The translations under genes were made by a program, and so were the position numbers. This document shows, piece after piece, positions 1 through 9,898 of a stretch of DNA of 64,000 bases (positions within the stretch are counted from its first letter, which is position 1; each line of letters begins with the position of its first letter). The stretch is from contig JACKDV010000004.1 in assembly GCA_020633315.1 (NCBI GenBank), positions 320,071 to 384,070 of the forward strand, read 5' to 3'. The notes beneath the pieces were generated by a model. The model ran no database searches. It had not been told where the DNA came from and worked only from the letters and a program-made list of their open reading frames with translations. The stretch is from Myxococcales bacterium. Lineage in GTDB: Bacteria > Myxococcota_A > Polyangia > Nannocystales > Nannocystaceae.

Positions 1-3000
1 CAGGGCGGAGACAGTAACGCCACAGCGGGAGCCCGGTGGGGCCTATCTCGCTTCAATGGGGCCGCCCTGCGAGCAGGGCGGAGACCGGGGGTGCCGGGAA
101 CCGGGGTCACGGCGTTGATGGTGCTTCAATGGGGCCGCCCTGCGAGCAGGGCGGAGACCGGTGAACGTGAGGGCGTGCGGCGAGCCTGCGTGAGCTTCAA
201 TGGGGCCGCCCTGCGAGCAGGGGCGGAGACCTCTCGTTCGCGGCCATCGAGAGAGCGAGGTTCACGCTTCAATGGGGCCGCCCTGCGAGCAGGGCGGAGA
301 CCTCGATTGACTTGAAAGTCAATCAGGTTTTCAACAGTGCTTCAATGGGGCCGCCCTGCGAGCAGGGCGAGACAGCTGGTGGCGACCTCGCACTGCTCCT
401 CTCGGCGGAGCTTCACGGCCCGCCCTGCGAGCAGGGCGGAGACTGGAGCTGATCAAGCGCTCCAAGGCCCGGGGTGGGCTTCAATGGGGCCGCCCTGCGA
501 GCAGGGCGGAGACGGATGACCGTCACCGCGGCGCCCACGGCCGAGGCGGCTTCAATGGGGCCGCCCTGCGAGCAGGGCGGAGACAACGTGGAGCGCGTCG
601 AAGAGAGGAAGAACGATGAAGCTTCAATGGGGCCGCCCTGCGAGCAGGGCGAGACACCCCGCAAGGGAAGGCGCTCACGACTGTGGGCCGCTTCAATGGG
701 GCCGCCCTGCGAGCAGGGCGGAGACCCCACCGCATGAAGAACCGTGCGCAGAACATCCGCAAGCTTCAATGGGGCCGCCCTGCGAGCAGGGCGGAGAACT
801 CCCTCGCGCCGCACGATGTCGCCATACGATTCCATGCTTCAATGGGGCCGCCCGCCCTGCGAGCAGGGCGGAACACGCCATGTGATAGCCTCCGCCGTGG
901 CTATCTCACGCTTCAATGGGGCCGCCCTGCGAGCAGGGCGGAGACCGGCCCGCTCGACGTGACCCCGACGCTGCTGATCTGGCTTCAATGGGGCCGCCCT
1001 GCGAGCAGGGCGGAGACCTGGACAAGCGAGGCGCCCACGACCTCGCCGGAAGGCTTCAATGGGGCCGCCCTGCGAGCAGGGCGGAGACGTGACCACAGGG
1101 TACCTGAGTCCGACGGCGAGTGCGGCTTCAATGGGGCCGCCCTGCGAGCAGGGGCGGAGACCGAGGAGAAGAGCACCGACCGCCCCACCCGGGGAAGCTT
1201 CAATGGGGCCGCCCTGCGAGCAGGGCGGAGACCGGGCTCTTCGTTCAGGTTGCGCTGCGTCTGTCGTCGTGTGCTTCAATGGGGCCGCCCTGCGAGCAGG
1301 GCGGAGACGCCATGGCGGGCATGTCCGGCGGGTTCGTGGGCCAGCTTCAATGGGGCCGCCCTGCGAGCAGGGCGGAGACGAGGTGCTCGACCGCGAACGA
1401 CCTTGGCCGACGAGCGCTTCAATGACGCCGCCCTGCGAGCAGGGCGGAGACGCGGCGAAGCTTCATGGCTGGCGTGTCGATGGAGCTTCAATGGGGCCGC
1501 CCTGCGAGCAGGGCGGAGACGCCCTTGGGCGGCGGCCGGATCGGGTGCGGATCACGCTTCAATGGGGCCGCCCTGCGAGCAGGGCGGAGACAACGGCGTC
1601 AGGCTGCGCAAGCGGAGCGTCAGGCGGCGCTTCAATGGGGCCCGCCCTGCGAGCAGGGCGGAGACGGATGTCTGAGCGTGTCGGCTTGGTCGCGGCACCC
1701 CGCTTCAATGGGGCCGCCCTGCGAGCAGGGCGGAGACGGGTCGCCGGGAGCGTGGTCGGCGGCACGGGATCGGGGCTTCAATGGGGCCGCCCTGCGAGCA
1801 GGGCGGAGACACACCTTTCCTCGCCGACGTCCAGCTCGACCACGACCTGCTTCAATGGGGCCGCCCTGCGGAGCAGGGCGGAGACCTCCGGTCCCCAGTC
1901 GTCCGGGATGTCCGTGTCGGCTTCAATGGGGCCGCCCTGCGAGCAGGGCGGAGACGCGCCAGGAGCCCACACCCACGCACCCCGGAGGCTTCAATGGGGC
2001 CGCCCTGCGAGCAGGGCGGAGACGAGCCGGGCGAGGTGGTGCTCGACATCATCGAGGCGCTTCAATGGGGCCGCCCTGCGAGCAGGGCGGAGACAGGGTC
2101 GGGCCTTTGCGGTGTGAGCACTCCAAGCGTGGAAGCTTCAATGGGGCCGCCCTGCGAGCAGGGCGGAGACGCGAGCAGGTGGCACGCGATGATTCTGGGC
2201 GAGGTGCTTCAATGGGGCCGCCCTGCGAGCAGGGCGGAGACAGCTCGGCGAGCGAGCCGGGTCCACCCGTCGACCGTGCTTCAATGGGGCCGCCCTGCGA
2301 GCAGGGCGGAGACCTTGAGAACACGACGCCATGCCCAATCGCTACCGCGTGCTGCTTCAATGGGGCCGCCCTGCGAGCAGGGCGGAGACGATCCCGCTTC
2401 CGCGGCCTCGGTCGCCGTCACGCGGCTTCAATGGGGCCGCCCTGCGAGCAGGGCGGAGACACACGAGCTTTCGTTGCCCTCCAGGCATACTGCGAGGCTT
2501 CAATGGGGCCGCCCTGCGAGCAGGGCGGAGACTCGGTCAGACTCCAAACACGGCGCGATCGGCCTCGAGCTTCAATGGGGCCGCCCTGCGAGCAGCAGGG
2601 CGGAGACTTGCGTAGCTGGTACAGCAGCTACGCACAGCACGACAGCTTCAATGGGGCCGCCCTGCGAGCAGGGCGGAGACGCGCGGCAAGCGTCTGGAGA
2701 TGCGCCCCGTTGAGTACGCTTCAATGGGGCCGCCCTGCGAGCAGGGCGGAGACGGGCCTCTTGCCGCGGCGCGGCCAGCATTCAGGTCGGCTTCAATGGG
2801 GCCGCCCTGCGAGCAGGGCGGAGACGTGGTAGCTCTGTACGAGCTGCTCCCGCAGGTGGAGGCTTCAATGGGGCCGCCCTGCGAGCAGGGCGGAGACATC
2901 TCATGCACGGCCTCTGGCTCCTCGGGGTACCCATAGCTTCAATGGGGCCGCCCTGCGAGCAGGGCGGAGACTCAGCGGATCCCGACCTGGACCCCATCGA

Positions 3001-3831
3001 CCGCTGCTTCAATGGGGCCGCCCTGCGAGCAGGGCGGAGACGCCGATGTCGATCACCCACCGGCCGAGGTACTCGCGCACGCTTCAATGGGGCCGCCCTG
3101 CGAGCAGGGCGGAGACATCCTGGCCCGTCCCGAGTGGGGCCCCATCATCGGGCTTCAATGGGGCCGCCCTGCGAGCAGGGGCGGAGACCCGCACAGGCAT
3201 GGTCGAGGGTATGGATCAGGGGCTTCAATGGGGCCGCCCTGCGAGCAGGGCGGAGACACACCATGACCCGGCAGCTCTGGGGCCTGACCCTGCGGCTTCA
3301 TGGGGCCGCCCTGCGAGCAGGGCGGAGACCGCAGGCGATCCATCGAGTCGACCGGATGCTCCGCCCTGCCCCGCCTGCGAGCAGGGCGGAGACCGAGGCA
3401 TCGAGCGAGCGGTGCGGGACCGGGCTTCAATGGGGCGGCTGCGACAGGGCGGAGACCGAGGCGTTCCCGCGCGCAGGCGACCATGGGCTTCACGGGGCCG
3501 CCTGCGAGCAGGGCGGAGACAGGGAGCGGACCCTGACGGTGCGCAGCCCTGCGAGCAGGGCGGAGACGAAAATCCTCGACCGGACCCGTGGGCGGCCCTT
3601 CAATGGGCAGCCGCCCTGCGAGCAGGGCGGAGACGACCGATCCCGCGCATCAATCCCCGCGGCCGCCTGCGGGGACGAACACGGCCACTTCAATGCGGGC
3701 ATGAGCCCGCCCTGCGAGCAGGGCGCGGGCGAGCACGGGCGGAGACGAGGCCGATCCCTTGCCGCAGGTCGACCAATGGGAGCCGCCCTGCGCTTCGGAG
3801 AATGGGGCCGCCCTGCGAGCAGGGCGGAGAC
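1..3831 (-). CRISPR. CRISPR array of about 54 repeat units. It runs off the window at position 1. The 36-bp repeat on the + strand is GCTTCAATGGGGCCGCCCTGCGAGCAGGGCGGAGAC (reverse complement GTCTCCGCCCTGCTCGCAGGGCGGCCCCATTGAAGC). Spacers are 35-38 bp. The last ~9 units (3296-3831) are progressively degenerate.
   Basis: Read directly: the repeat recurs more than 45 times with a 72-74 bp period. The six-frame track shows its recurring translations (LQWGRPASRAET, FNGAALRAGRR, SMGPPCEQGGD). The strand call rests on the reverse-complement repeat ending ATTGAAGC, which resembles the ATTGAAA(C/G) 3' handle of I-C and I-G repeats, plus an 8-bp stem CCGCCCTG/CAGGGCGG. Polarity is not certain; see findings. 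Confidence 0.95.
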
Positions 3832-4421
3832 TGCCGGTCCGCAACAGCTTACCATCATTGCCATTCTCGACCACCAATTCACGCGACCACCAAAACCGAC
3901 ATATCCCCGGTCCCGTGTTCAACACCTATGCAGTTCCCAGACATCATCGTAGCCCCCCTTGGCACTCGGAATTCTCCACTTTGCACGCAAGACCGGGGTT
4001 TCGCACGGCGAGATGCCGCGTGATTTCCAGTCACCCTATCACACCCACCGACCCCCCCACCATACCGGAGATCCCGCGGCCATGCCCGCGCCAATGCCTC
4101 GCAGCACCTCCCCGGACCTCCCGCTCGCCGATTCCACAGGCCATCGAGACCTCCCGGAACATCCCCAACCCCATTGCACTGCGCCCCGTGACCTCCCGGG
4201 ACATCTCCAACCCCACCGCACGGCCCGTCGAGACCTCCTGGGCATCCCCAACCCCATTGCACTGCGCCCCGCGACCTCCCCGGGTCTCTCCAATCCCCCA
4301 TGCACAGCCCCGCCGGATCTCCCGGGACCTCGCGCCCCTGACCCCTTCGAGCCAATCGCACTTTTTCGTCGACCCGCAGTGATCGAATCCCGTCCTCGCG
4401 CCACGTTACCTCCACACCGTC
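3832..4421. promoter_or_regulatory. Non-coding flank between the array and cas4-cas1. It is AT-richer next to the last repeat and has a C-rich top strand. It would be the leader if the array is transcribed from the minus strand.
   Basis: No credible ORF. The two + strand ORFs (3759..4382, 3959..4525) are proline-rich, low-complexity translations of C-rich DNA. Composition shifts immediately after the last repeat. Confidence 0.4.
4140..4312. repeat. Two tandem imperfect direct repeats of about 83 bp (about 80 % identical). The core is CGAGACCTCC..ATCCCCAACCCCATTGCACTGCGCCCCG(T/C)GACCTCCCGGG.
   Basis: Seen by eye: copy A starts near 4145 and copy B near 4228, each with the shared core ATCCCCAACCCCATTGCACTGCGCCCCG. 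Confidence 0.7.
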
Positions 4422-6272
4422 ATGCCCGAGCGCATCCGCCATTCACCGCCCAGCGAGTCTGCCGATCTCGTCCCCGTACGAATGTGCAACGAGCTGGTCT
4501 ACTGCGAGCGTTTGTTCTACCTTGAGCACGTCCAGGGCTACTTCGTCGACTCCTCCGACACGGTGCACGGCCGCTCCCAGCACGAGCGCGCCGCGACCAA
4601 GGGCCGCACCACCACCGTCACCCCTCCCACGGCCGAGCCCGACCCCGACGACCCCACCCTCTCCGAGCTGCTCGAGGCTCCCCGCCGCTGCGTCACCCTG
4701 GAGTCCGCCAGCCTCGGCGTGCGTGGCCAGGTCGACCTCGTCGAGCTGCACGACGACGAGGCGGTGATCATCGAGGCCAAGCACGGTGCATCGCCGTCCC
4801 ACGACGACCACCGCTGGTACGACCATCCCCTGCCCTACCGCGCCTGGCCGGCCGACGTGGCCCAGCTCGGCCTCTACATGGCGCTGCTGCGCGAGTCGGG
4901 CGTGCCCTGCCACCGCGCCCAGCTGCTGTACCGCAAGGACCGTCACCGCACCGAGATCCCCTGGTCCGCGGAGCTCGAGCGCTTCGTCCACGCAGTGGTC
5001 CGGCGCGCCCGCGAGGTGGCAGCGCTGCCCAAGCCCCCGGCCCCGCTCGAGCTCAGCCCCAAGTGCCCGCGCTGCTCGCTGCACACCATCTGCCTCCCCG
5101 ACGAGCACCTCGCCCTCGCCCGCGAGGCGGCCGGACAGACCGTGCCGCCGCTGCGCCGCATCGTGCCCGGCGCGGACGACCGCGCGGTGCTCCACGTGCT
5201 CACTCCCGGCAGCGCCCTGCGCAAGGACGGCCAGGGCATTCGCCTCAGCGTGCGTGGGATCCCCGATCCGCAGCGGATCCTCGTCAAGGATCTGGCCCAG
5301 GTCGCCCTGTACGGGCCCAGCCAGATCACCGCGCAGTGCATGACGATGCTGCTGCTCGAGGACGTCCCCGTGGCCCACCACACGGGCTCCGGCCGCCTGC
5401 TGGGCATGACGATGCCGCTGGCCACCCGCAACGTCACCCTGCGTCGCGCCCAGTTCCGCACCGCCGACGATCCCGAGCGCTGCCTCGTCGCCGCCCGAGC
5501 CCTGGTCGTGGCCAAGATCCGCAACCAGCGAACCGTGCTCCGCCGCTACCGCACGGGTCACACCGCCGACGATCCCCTCGACGAGCGGCTCCCGGCCTGG
5601 GCCGATCCCACCGCCGACGATCCCGAGACCCAGGCCGCCGTGGAGCAGCGCGCCACCACCATCGGCGAGGCGCTCGCCCGCATGCGCAACGCCTGGCGCG
5701 GCGCCCAGCGAGCCACGGACATCGACGCCCTACGCGGCCACGAGGGCGACGCCGCCGCGACCTACTTCGGCGCCCTGCCCTCGATCCTGCCCGCCCCGTG
5801 GCCCGACGAGCTGCGCGGACGCTCGCGTCGCCCGCCTCGCGATCGCGTCAACGCCATGCTCGGCTTCGGCTACGCCATGCTCACCCGCGACGCCACCGCG
5901 GCCCTCGGTCGCGTGGGCCTCGATCCCATGGTCGGCCTGTTCCACACCACCATCCCCGGCCGCCCGGCCCTGGCCCTCGATCTGCTCGAGCCCTTCCGCC
6001 CCGCCTGGGTCGATGCCTCCATCCTGCGCCTGCTCGCCACGGGTGGGATCACCCCGGAGTGCTTCATCCGCTCCGGCGACGGTGTGTTCCTCACCGATCC
6101 CGGCCGCCGCGCCCTGGTGGCCGCCTACGAGCGCCGCGCCGACGAGCGGATCACCCACCCTCGCTTCGGCTACCGCATGAGCTACCGCCGCATGCTCGAG
6201 CTCGAGGCCCGCGTGCTCGCCAAGTGGATGGCCGGCGAGATCGACGAATTCTCTCCCCTGCTCACCCGCTAG
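4422..6272 (+). CDS. cas4/cas1: Cas4-Cas1 fusion protein (616 aa)
   Basis: The N-terminal part is Cas4-like (RecB-family nuclease) with an N-terminal Cys and a C-terminal Cys cluster (KCPRCSLHTIC) that fits a 4Fe-4S site. The C-terminal 330 aa are Cas1-like. It lies immediately upstream of cas2. A Cas4/Cas1 fusion is typical of type I-G (I-U). Confidence 0.85.
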   Translation: MPERIRHSPPSESADLVPVRMCNELVYCERLFYLEHVQGYFVDSSDTVHGRSQHERAATKGRTTTVTPPTAEPDPDDPTLSELLEAPRRCVTLESASLGVRGQVDLVELHDDEAVIIEAKHGASPSHDDHRWYDHPLPYRAWPADVAQLGLYMALLRESGVPCHRAQLLYRKDRHRTEIPWSAELERFVHAVVRRAREVAALPKPPAPLELSPKCPRCSLHTICLPDEHLALAREAAGQTVPPLRRIVPGADDRAVLHVLTPGSALRKDGQGIRLSVRGIPDPQRILVKDLAQVALYGPSQITAQCMTMLLLEDVPVAHHTGSGRLLGMTMPLATRNVTLRRAQFRTADDPERCLVAARALVVAKIRNQRTVLRRYRTGHTADDPLDERLPAWADPTADDPETQAAVEQRATTIGEALARMRNAWRGAQRATDIDALRGHEGDAAATYFGALPSILPAPWPDELRGRSRRPPRDRVNAMLGFGYAMLTRDATAALGRVGLDPMVGLFHTTIPGRPALALDLLEPFRPAWVDASILRLLATGGITPECFIRSGDGVFLTDPGRRALVAAYERRADERITHPRFGYRMSYRRMLELEARVLAKWMAGEIDEFSPLLTR

Positions 6273-6276
6273 CCCG

Positions 6277-6573
6277 ATGCGCCATCACTTCATCGTGGCC
6301 TATGACATCAGCGATCCCCAGCGCCTCCGCCAGGTCCACAAGACCGTGCGTGACTTCGGCACGCCGCTCCAGCTCTCCGTGTTCGCCTGTACCCTCTCTT
6401 CCCTCGACCGCGCCACCTTGCAGGCACGCCTGCTGACGATCATCGACACCACCGCCGACCAGGTGATGTTCGTGCGCCTCGCCCCGGTCCACCCCGGTGA
6501 CACCCGCCCCCCCGGCTGCGAGACCCTCGGCCGGCCCCTGCGAGCTCGGATCGACAGCGCCATCGTGACCTGA
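6277..6573 (+). CDS. cas2: Cas2 (98 aa)
   Basis: The N-terminus HFIVAYDISDPQRLRQVHKTVRDFGTPLQLSVFAC matches the Cas2 pattern (V.YDI...R..v.k.L..yG.r.Q.SVFeC). It starts 4 bp after cas4/cas1. Confidence 0.9.
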   Translation: MRHHFIVAYDISDPQRLRQVHKTVRDFGTPLQLSVFACTLSSLDRATLQARLLTIIDTTADQVMFVRLAPVHPGDTRPPGCETLGRPLRARIDSAIVT

Positions 6574-7104
6574 TCACCTCGGCCCACTTCGGGGCTCGCC
6601 GAACCCGAGACCCCTCTGCTCTACTCCGGTGCCCCGATATGCCAACCTGATCGACCGTCTTTAGTCACTCATCTCCCAGTCATGAACCCAGACGGATGAC
6701 CTGACTTCAACAGCGACGGCAATAGAGCCCCCTGGTACGAGATTCAGCTGATGACTGTCTCTCGCGCCGCGAAGACGCTCGATTTCTGTTGACAGAGTAG
6801 GTAGGTGGGGTTCACCCTCCGAGCATGGCAGGGTCAAAGTACTACGGAGGCGTCCGGCCCGTAAAGAGAATTTTCAGGAACCTCATCGAGGTACTGGCCT
6901 GGCTGCTCTTCCCCAACCCAGAACCTCCCCAACAGCCACCAAAACCTCCGCCTCAGAAGCCGCCTATCGGCTTCTAGAAAGTCCAACAACTTCCTCATGG
7001 ACACGGGGCGGCCCCATTGAAGTCGGGCCGGTCGTCTGCGGAGTACACCAGCCAACACCAATTTCCGCCCCGGTCCGCCTAGCCGACCACAGGTCCCCCC
7101 CGTC
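6574..7104 (+). promoter_or_regulatory. AT-rich intergenic region after cas2, about 530 bp. It is leader-like, contains a TTGACA hexamer near 6790, and is probably the promoter region of the cas7-cas5/6-cas3-cas8 operon.
   Basis: GC is markedly lower than the flanking genes and there is no credible ORF. The minus-strand ORF 6834..7214 is an artefact that reads through the repeat remnant. Confidence 0.5.
7001..7023 (+). repeat. Solitary degenerate CRISPR repeat remnant in the opposite orientation to the main array. A 17-nt stretch, GGGCGGCCCCATTGAAG, matches the reverse-complement repeat exactly.
   Basis: Read directly: ACACGGGGCGGCCCCATTGAAGTC versus repeat reverse complement ..CGCAGGGCGGCCCCATTGAAGC. 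The minus-strand ORF translation here contains LQWGRP, the peptide signature of the repeat. Confidence 0.75.
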
Positions 7105-8295
7105 ATGACCGCTCCCACGCCCACCGTCGATTCCCTCCACGCCGCCGTCACCGGTGACGTGGTGGCCTTCCGCCTCCGCGCCCGTCTCCAGCCCGCCGGA
7201 GGCCCCGGGGACAAGGTGTTCCCGCCGACCTACGCCACGGGCCAGGATGACCGCGACCACGAGACCAAGTACGCCACCGAGGAGCGCATGATCGACGGCC
7301 GTCGCGTGCCCTCGGTGCTGCTCGACTCGGTCGCCTCGCAGGCCAACCGCATGGAGCTGGCCCTGCTCCGGGCCCGTGAGCGCGACGGCCTGAGCCTGCC
7401 CCTGATCGCGGTGGACTTCGGGCCCACCCTGCCCGAGCTCGGCCGGATCAGCGCGCTCGAGGCCCCCCACCGCGTCTACGATGCGATCCTGCGCGATGCC
7501 ACCCTCGACGGCACGGCCTTCCGCGCCTCGGAGCTCGGCCGCCGCCTCACCGATGCCAGCCCGTCCGACGCCCGAGCGATGCTCGAGCACTGCCCCACCG
7601 CCCTGCTCTTCGGCGCCTGGGACTCCACCGGCCCCCGCGGCGGCCGAGGTCACAAGTTCCAGCGCGCGCTGGTCAGCGAGGTGGTCGGCATCGACTTCGC
7701 GACGGGCACCAAGGTGGGCAGTCGCATCGACCCGCTGCAGATCTCGGCCAGCGTGCGCCTGAGCATCCCCAAGGAAGACTCCGACGCATGGACCGTGGAC
7801 GCCACCGGCAAGTCCAAGCAGCGCCCGTCCGAGGTCAACCACTCCAACATCGCCCCCACCCGCGACGGGGAGGCCGGCGGGGTCACCCTCGACCACGCGC
7901 TGCACACCGCAGTGCTGTCCCTGCCCGCCCTGCGACGGCTTCGCTTCGGCAACTGGGACGACGCCCGCAGCGACGCCGCCCGCACCCTGCTGGCCGCGCT
8001 GGGCCTGCTCGCCCTCGTGCTGCAGCGCCGGGTCGGCTACGACTTCCGCAGCCGCTGCACCCTGGTGCCCGAGGGCCCCGTGGCGCTCGAGCAGGTGGGC
8101 GCCGACGGCAGCCGCGACCCCCTGCCCCTGTCGGTCGCCGAGGCCCGTGCCCTCTTCGATGCCGCGCTCGCCCGCGCCCGCGAGCAGGGCGTGCCCTGGG
8201 CCGAGGACGAGGTGGTGCTTCGGCCCATGCCCAAGCTGGTGCAGCTGGTCGAGGCGAGCCAGCAGCTCATGGCCGCGGGTGGCCCGGCGGACTGA
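7105..8295 (+). CDS. cas7: Cas7 of type I-G (Csb1 / GSU0053-like), 396 aa
   Basis: Its size and its position immediately upstream of the Csb2 homologue match the csb1-csb2 pair of I-G/I-U systems. I could not verify the family match by hand. Confidence 0.55.
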   Translation: MTAPTPTVDSLHAAVTGDVVAFRLRARLQPAGGPGDKVFPPTYATGQDDRDHETKYATEERMIDGRRVPSVLLDSVASQANRMELALLRARERDGLSLPLIAVDFGPTLPELGRISALEAPHRVYDAILRDATLDGTAFRASELGRRLTDASPSDARAMLEHCPTALLFGAWDSTGPRGGRGHKFQRALVSEVVGIDFATGTKVGSRIDPLQISASVRLSIPKEDSDAWTVDATGKSKQRPSEVNHSNIAPTRDGEAGGVTLDHALHTAVLSLPALRRLRFGNWDDARSDAARTLLAALGLLALVLQRRVGYDFRSRCTLVPEGPVALEQVGADGSRDPLPLSVAEARALFDAALARAREQGVPWAEDEVVLRPMPKLVQLVEASQQLMAAGGPAD

Positions 8296-9898
8296 GATGC
8301 TCTGCCTGCGCCTGGAGCTGCTCACGGGTCGCTATGTGGCCTGTGCGTTCAACGATCGCGATCGCGTGGAGTGGCCCCCCCACCCCGCGCGCGTGTTCTC
8401 GGCCCTGGTCGCCGCGCTGCACGACGGCGAGCCCCTCGAGGCGGAGCGGGCGGCCCTGCGCTGGCTCGAGTCGCTGCCGCCCCCCGCCCTGCACCACTCC
8501 CCCGCCTCGGTGCGTGACGCCAAGGTCTTCTACGTGCCCGTCAACGACAAGGCCCTCACCGACAAGGCCACCGTGAGCAACGCCTGGGCCCGCGTCCTCG
8601 ATCCTGCGCTGCCCCCCAAGGCGCGGGCCAAGGCCGAGGCACGCCTGGCCGACGCCTACGAAAAGGCCGGCGCCACCGAGGCCACGCGGCCCAAGAAGGT
8701 GCGCGAGATCGTCGACCACCTGCTGCCGCACAGCCGCACCAAGCAGCCCCGAGCCTTCCCCTCGGCGACCCCACACGACCCCGCGGTGTGGCTGTGCTGG
8801 GACGCCGAGCCCGAGCCCTCCGTCCGCGCCGGGCTGGAGGCGCTGCTGCGCCGGCTCGTCCGCCTCGGCCACAGCAGCTCCATGGTCGCGGCCCGCCTGG
8901 TCGACGATGCCCCGGCCCCGGCCTTGCGGCCCGACCCCGAGGGGCCCGAGCGGCTGCGCTGGGTGGGCCCGGGACAGCTGGCCGCCCTCGAGGCGCTCCA
9001 CGCCGCCGCCCCCTACTCCGAGCAGCGGGTGATGCCCTACGTGGTGGCCCGCTACCGCCACGCCGAGGCACGCACCGAGCCCGCGCGCTCGAGCTTTGCG
9101 GCCGACTTCCTCGTGCTGCGCCGGGTGGATGGACCGCGGCTGCCCGTGCTGGCCACCGAGCGCGTGGCCGATGCGGTGCGCCGGGCCCTGATGGCCCACG
9201 CCGAGGATCCCCGCGCACCGCTGCTGTCGGGCCACGCCCCCGACGGCGCGCCCCTGCAGGACGACCACCTGGCCGTGGTCCCGCTGCCCTTCGTCGGGGC
9301 TCGCCACGCCACCGGTGATCTGCTCGGCGTGGCGCTGGTGCCCCCCGCCGGGCTCTCGCGCGGCCAGCTGCGCCCGCTCCATGCCGCTCTGGCCCGCTGG
9401 GAGGCCGCGGGTGGCGAGCCCAGGGGGCAAGACCCGCGCTGCGTGCTCAACCTGGGTCGGCTCGGCCGGTGGACGCTCGAGCGCAGCCTCGAGCCCTCGC
9501 CGCTCCACAACCTGCGCGAGCCCGCCTGGACCCGCCTCGATCGCCGCTGGGTGAGCGTCACCCCGGTGCTGCTCGATCGCCACCCGGGCTCGCTCGGCGA
9601 CCCCAAGCCCTCGGCCCGGCGCCGGGCCGTGCGACGAGCCGACGAGATCATCTCCGCCGCCTGCGAGCGCATCGGGCTGCCGGCGCCCGAGCGCATCGAG
9701 CTCTCGCTCGATCCTCCGCTGCGCGGCACCGAGCCCGCCCCTCGCTTCGAGGCATGCCGTCGCGACCCCGCCGACCGCCGCCCGCTGCTGCACCTTCGGC
9801 TCACCTTCCCCCGGCCGGTCGGCGGCCCCGTGCTGCTGGGAGCCGGCCGCTACCGCGGCCTGGGCCTGCTGCGTCCCATGGGAGGCGAAGCCCCGTGA
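8285..9898 (+). CDS. csb2: Cas5/Cas6 fusion of type I-G (Csb2 / GSU0054-like), about 537 aa
   Basis: The N-terminus MLCLRLELLTGRYVACAFNDRDRVEWPPHPARVFSALVAAL matches the Csb2 signature (GRYHA...VEWPPSPwRLfrALVA). Start is taken at the internal Met, so the gene overlaps the end of cas7 by 11 bp. Confidence 0.8.
   Translation, partial: RRTEMLCLRLELLTGRYVACAFNDRDRVEWPPHPARVFSALVAALHDGEPLEAERAALRWLESLPPPALHHSPASVRDAKVFYVPVNDKALTDKATVSNAWARVLDPALPPKARAKAEARLADAYEKAGATEATRPKKVREIVDHLLPHSRTKQPRAFPSATPHDPAVWLCWDAEPEPSVRAGLEALLRRLVRLGHSSSMVAARLVDDAPAPALRPDPEGPERLRWVGPGQLAALEALHAAAPYSEQRVMPYVVARYRHAEARTEPARSSFAADFLVLRRVDGPRLPVLATERVADAVRRALMAHAEDPRAPLLSGHAPDGAPLQDDHLAVVPLPFVGARHATGDLLGVALVPPAGLSRGQLRPLHAALARWEAAGGEPRGQDPRCVLNLGRLGRWTLERSLEPSPLHNLREPAWTRLDRRWVSVTPVLLDRHPGSLGDPKPSARRRAVRRADEIISAACERIGLPAPERIELSLDPPLRGTEPAPRFEACRRDPADRRPLLHLRLTFPRPVGGPVLLGAGRYRGLGLLRPMGGEAP

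Noticed and set aside
683-2832. Long + strand ORFs (e.g. 683..1675, 1059..2117, 1465..2832) and minus-strand ORFs inside the CRISPR array
   Set aside because: They are translations of the 36-bp repeat in three frames (recurring LQWGRPASRAET / FNGAALRAGRR / SMGPPCEQGGD peptides). They are not genes.
6834-7214. Minus-strand 126-aa ORF in the cas2-cas7 gap
   Set aside because: It reads through the solitary repeat remnant (contains LQWGRP) and through AT-rich non-coding DNA. It is an artefact.
9469-9894. N-terminal extensions of the cas3 ORF (from 9469) and of the csb2 ORF (from 8147)
   Set aside because: The extensions overlap the upstream cas genes in another frame. Conserved N-termini (Walker A region for Cas3, MLCLRLELLTGRY for Csb2) begin at the downstream starts.
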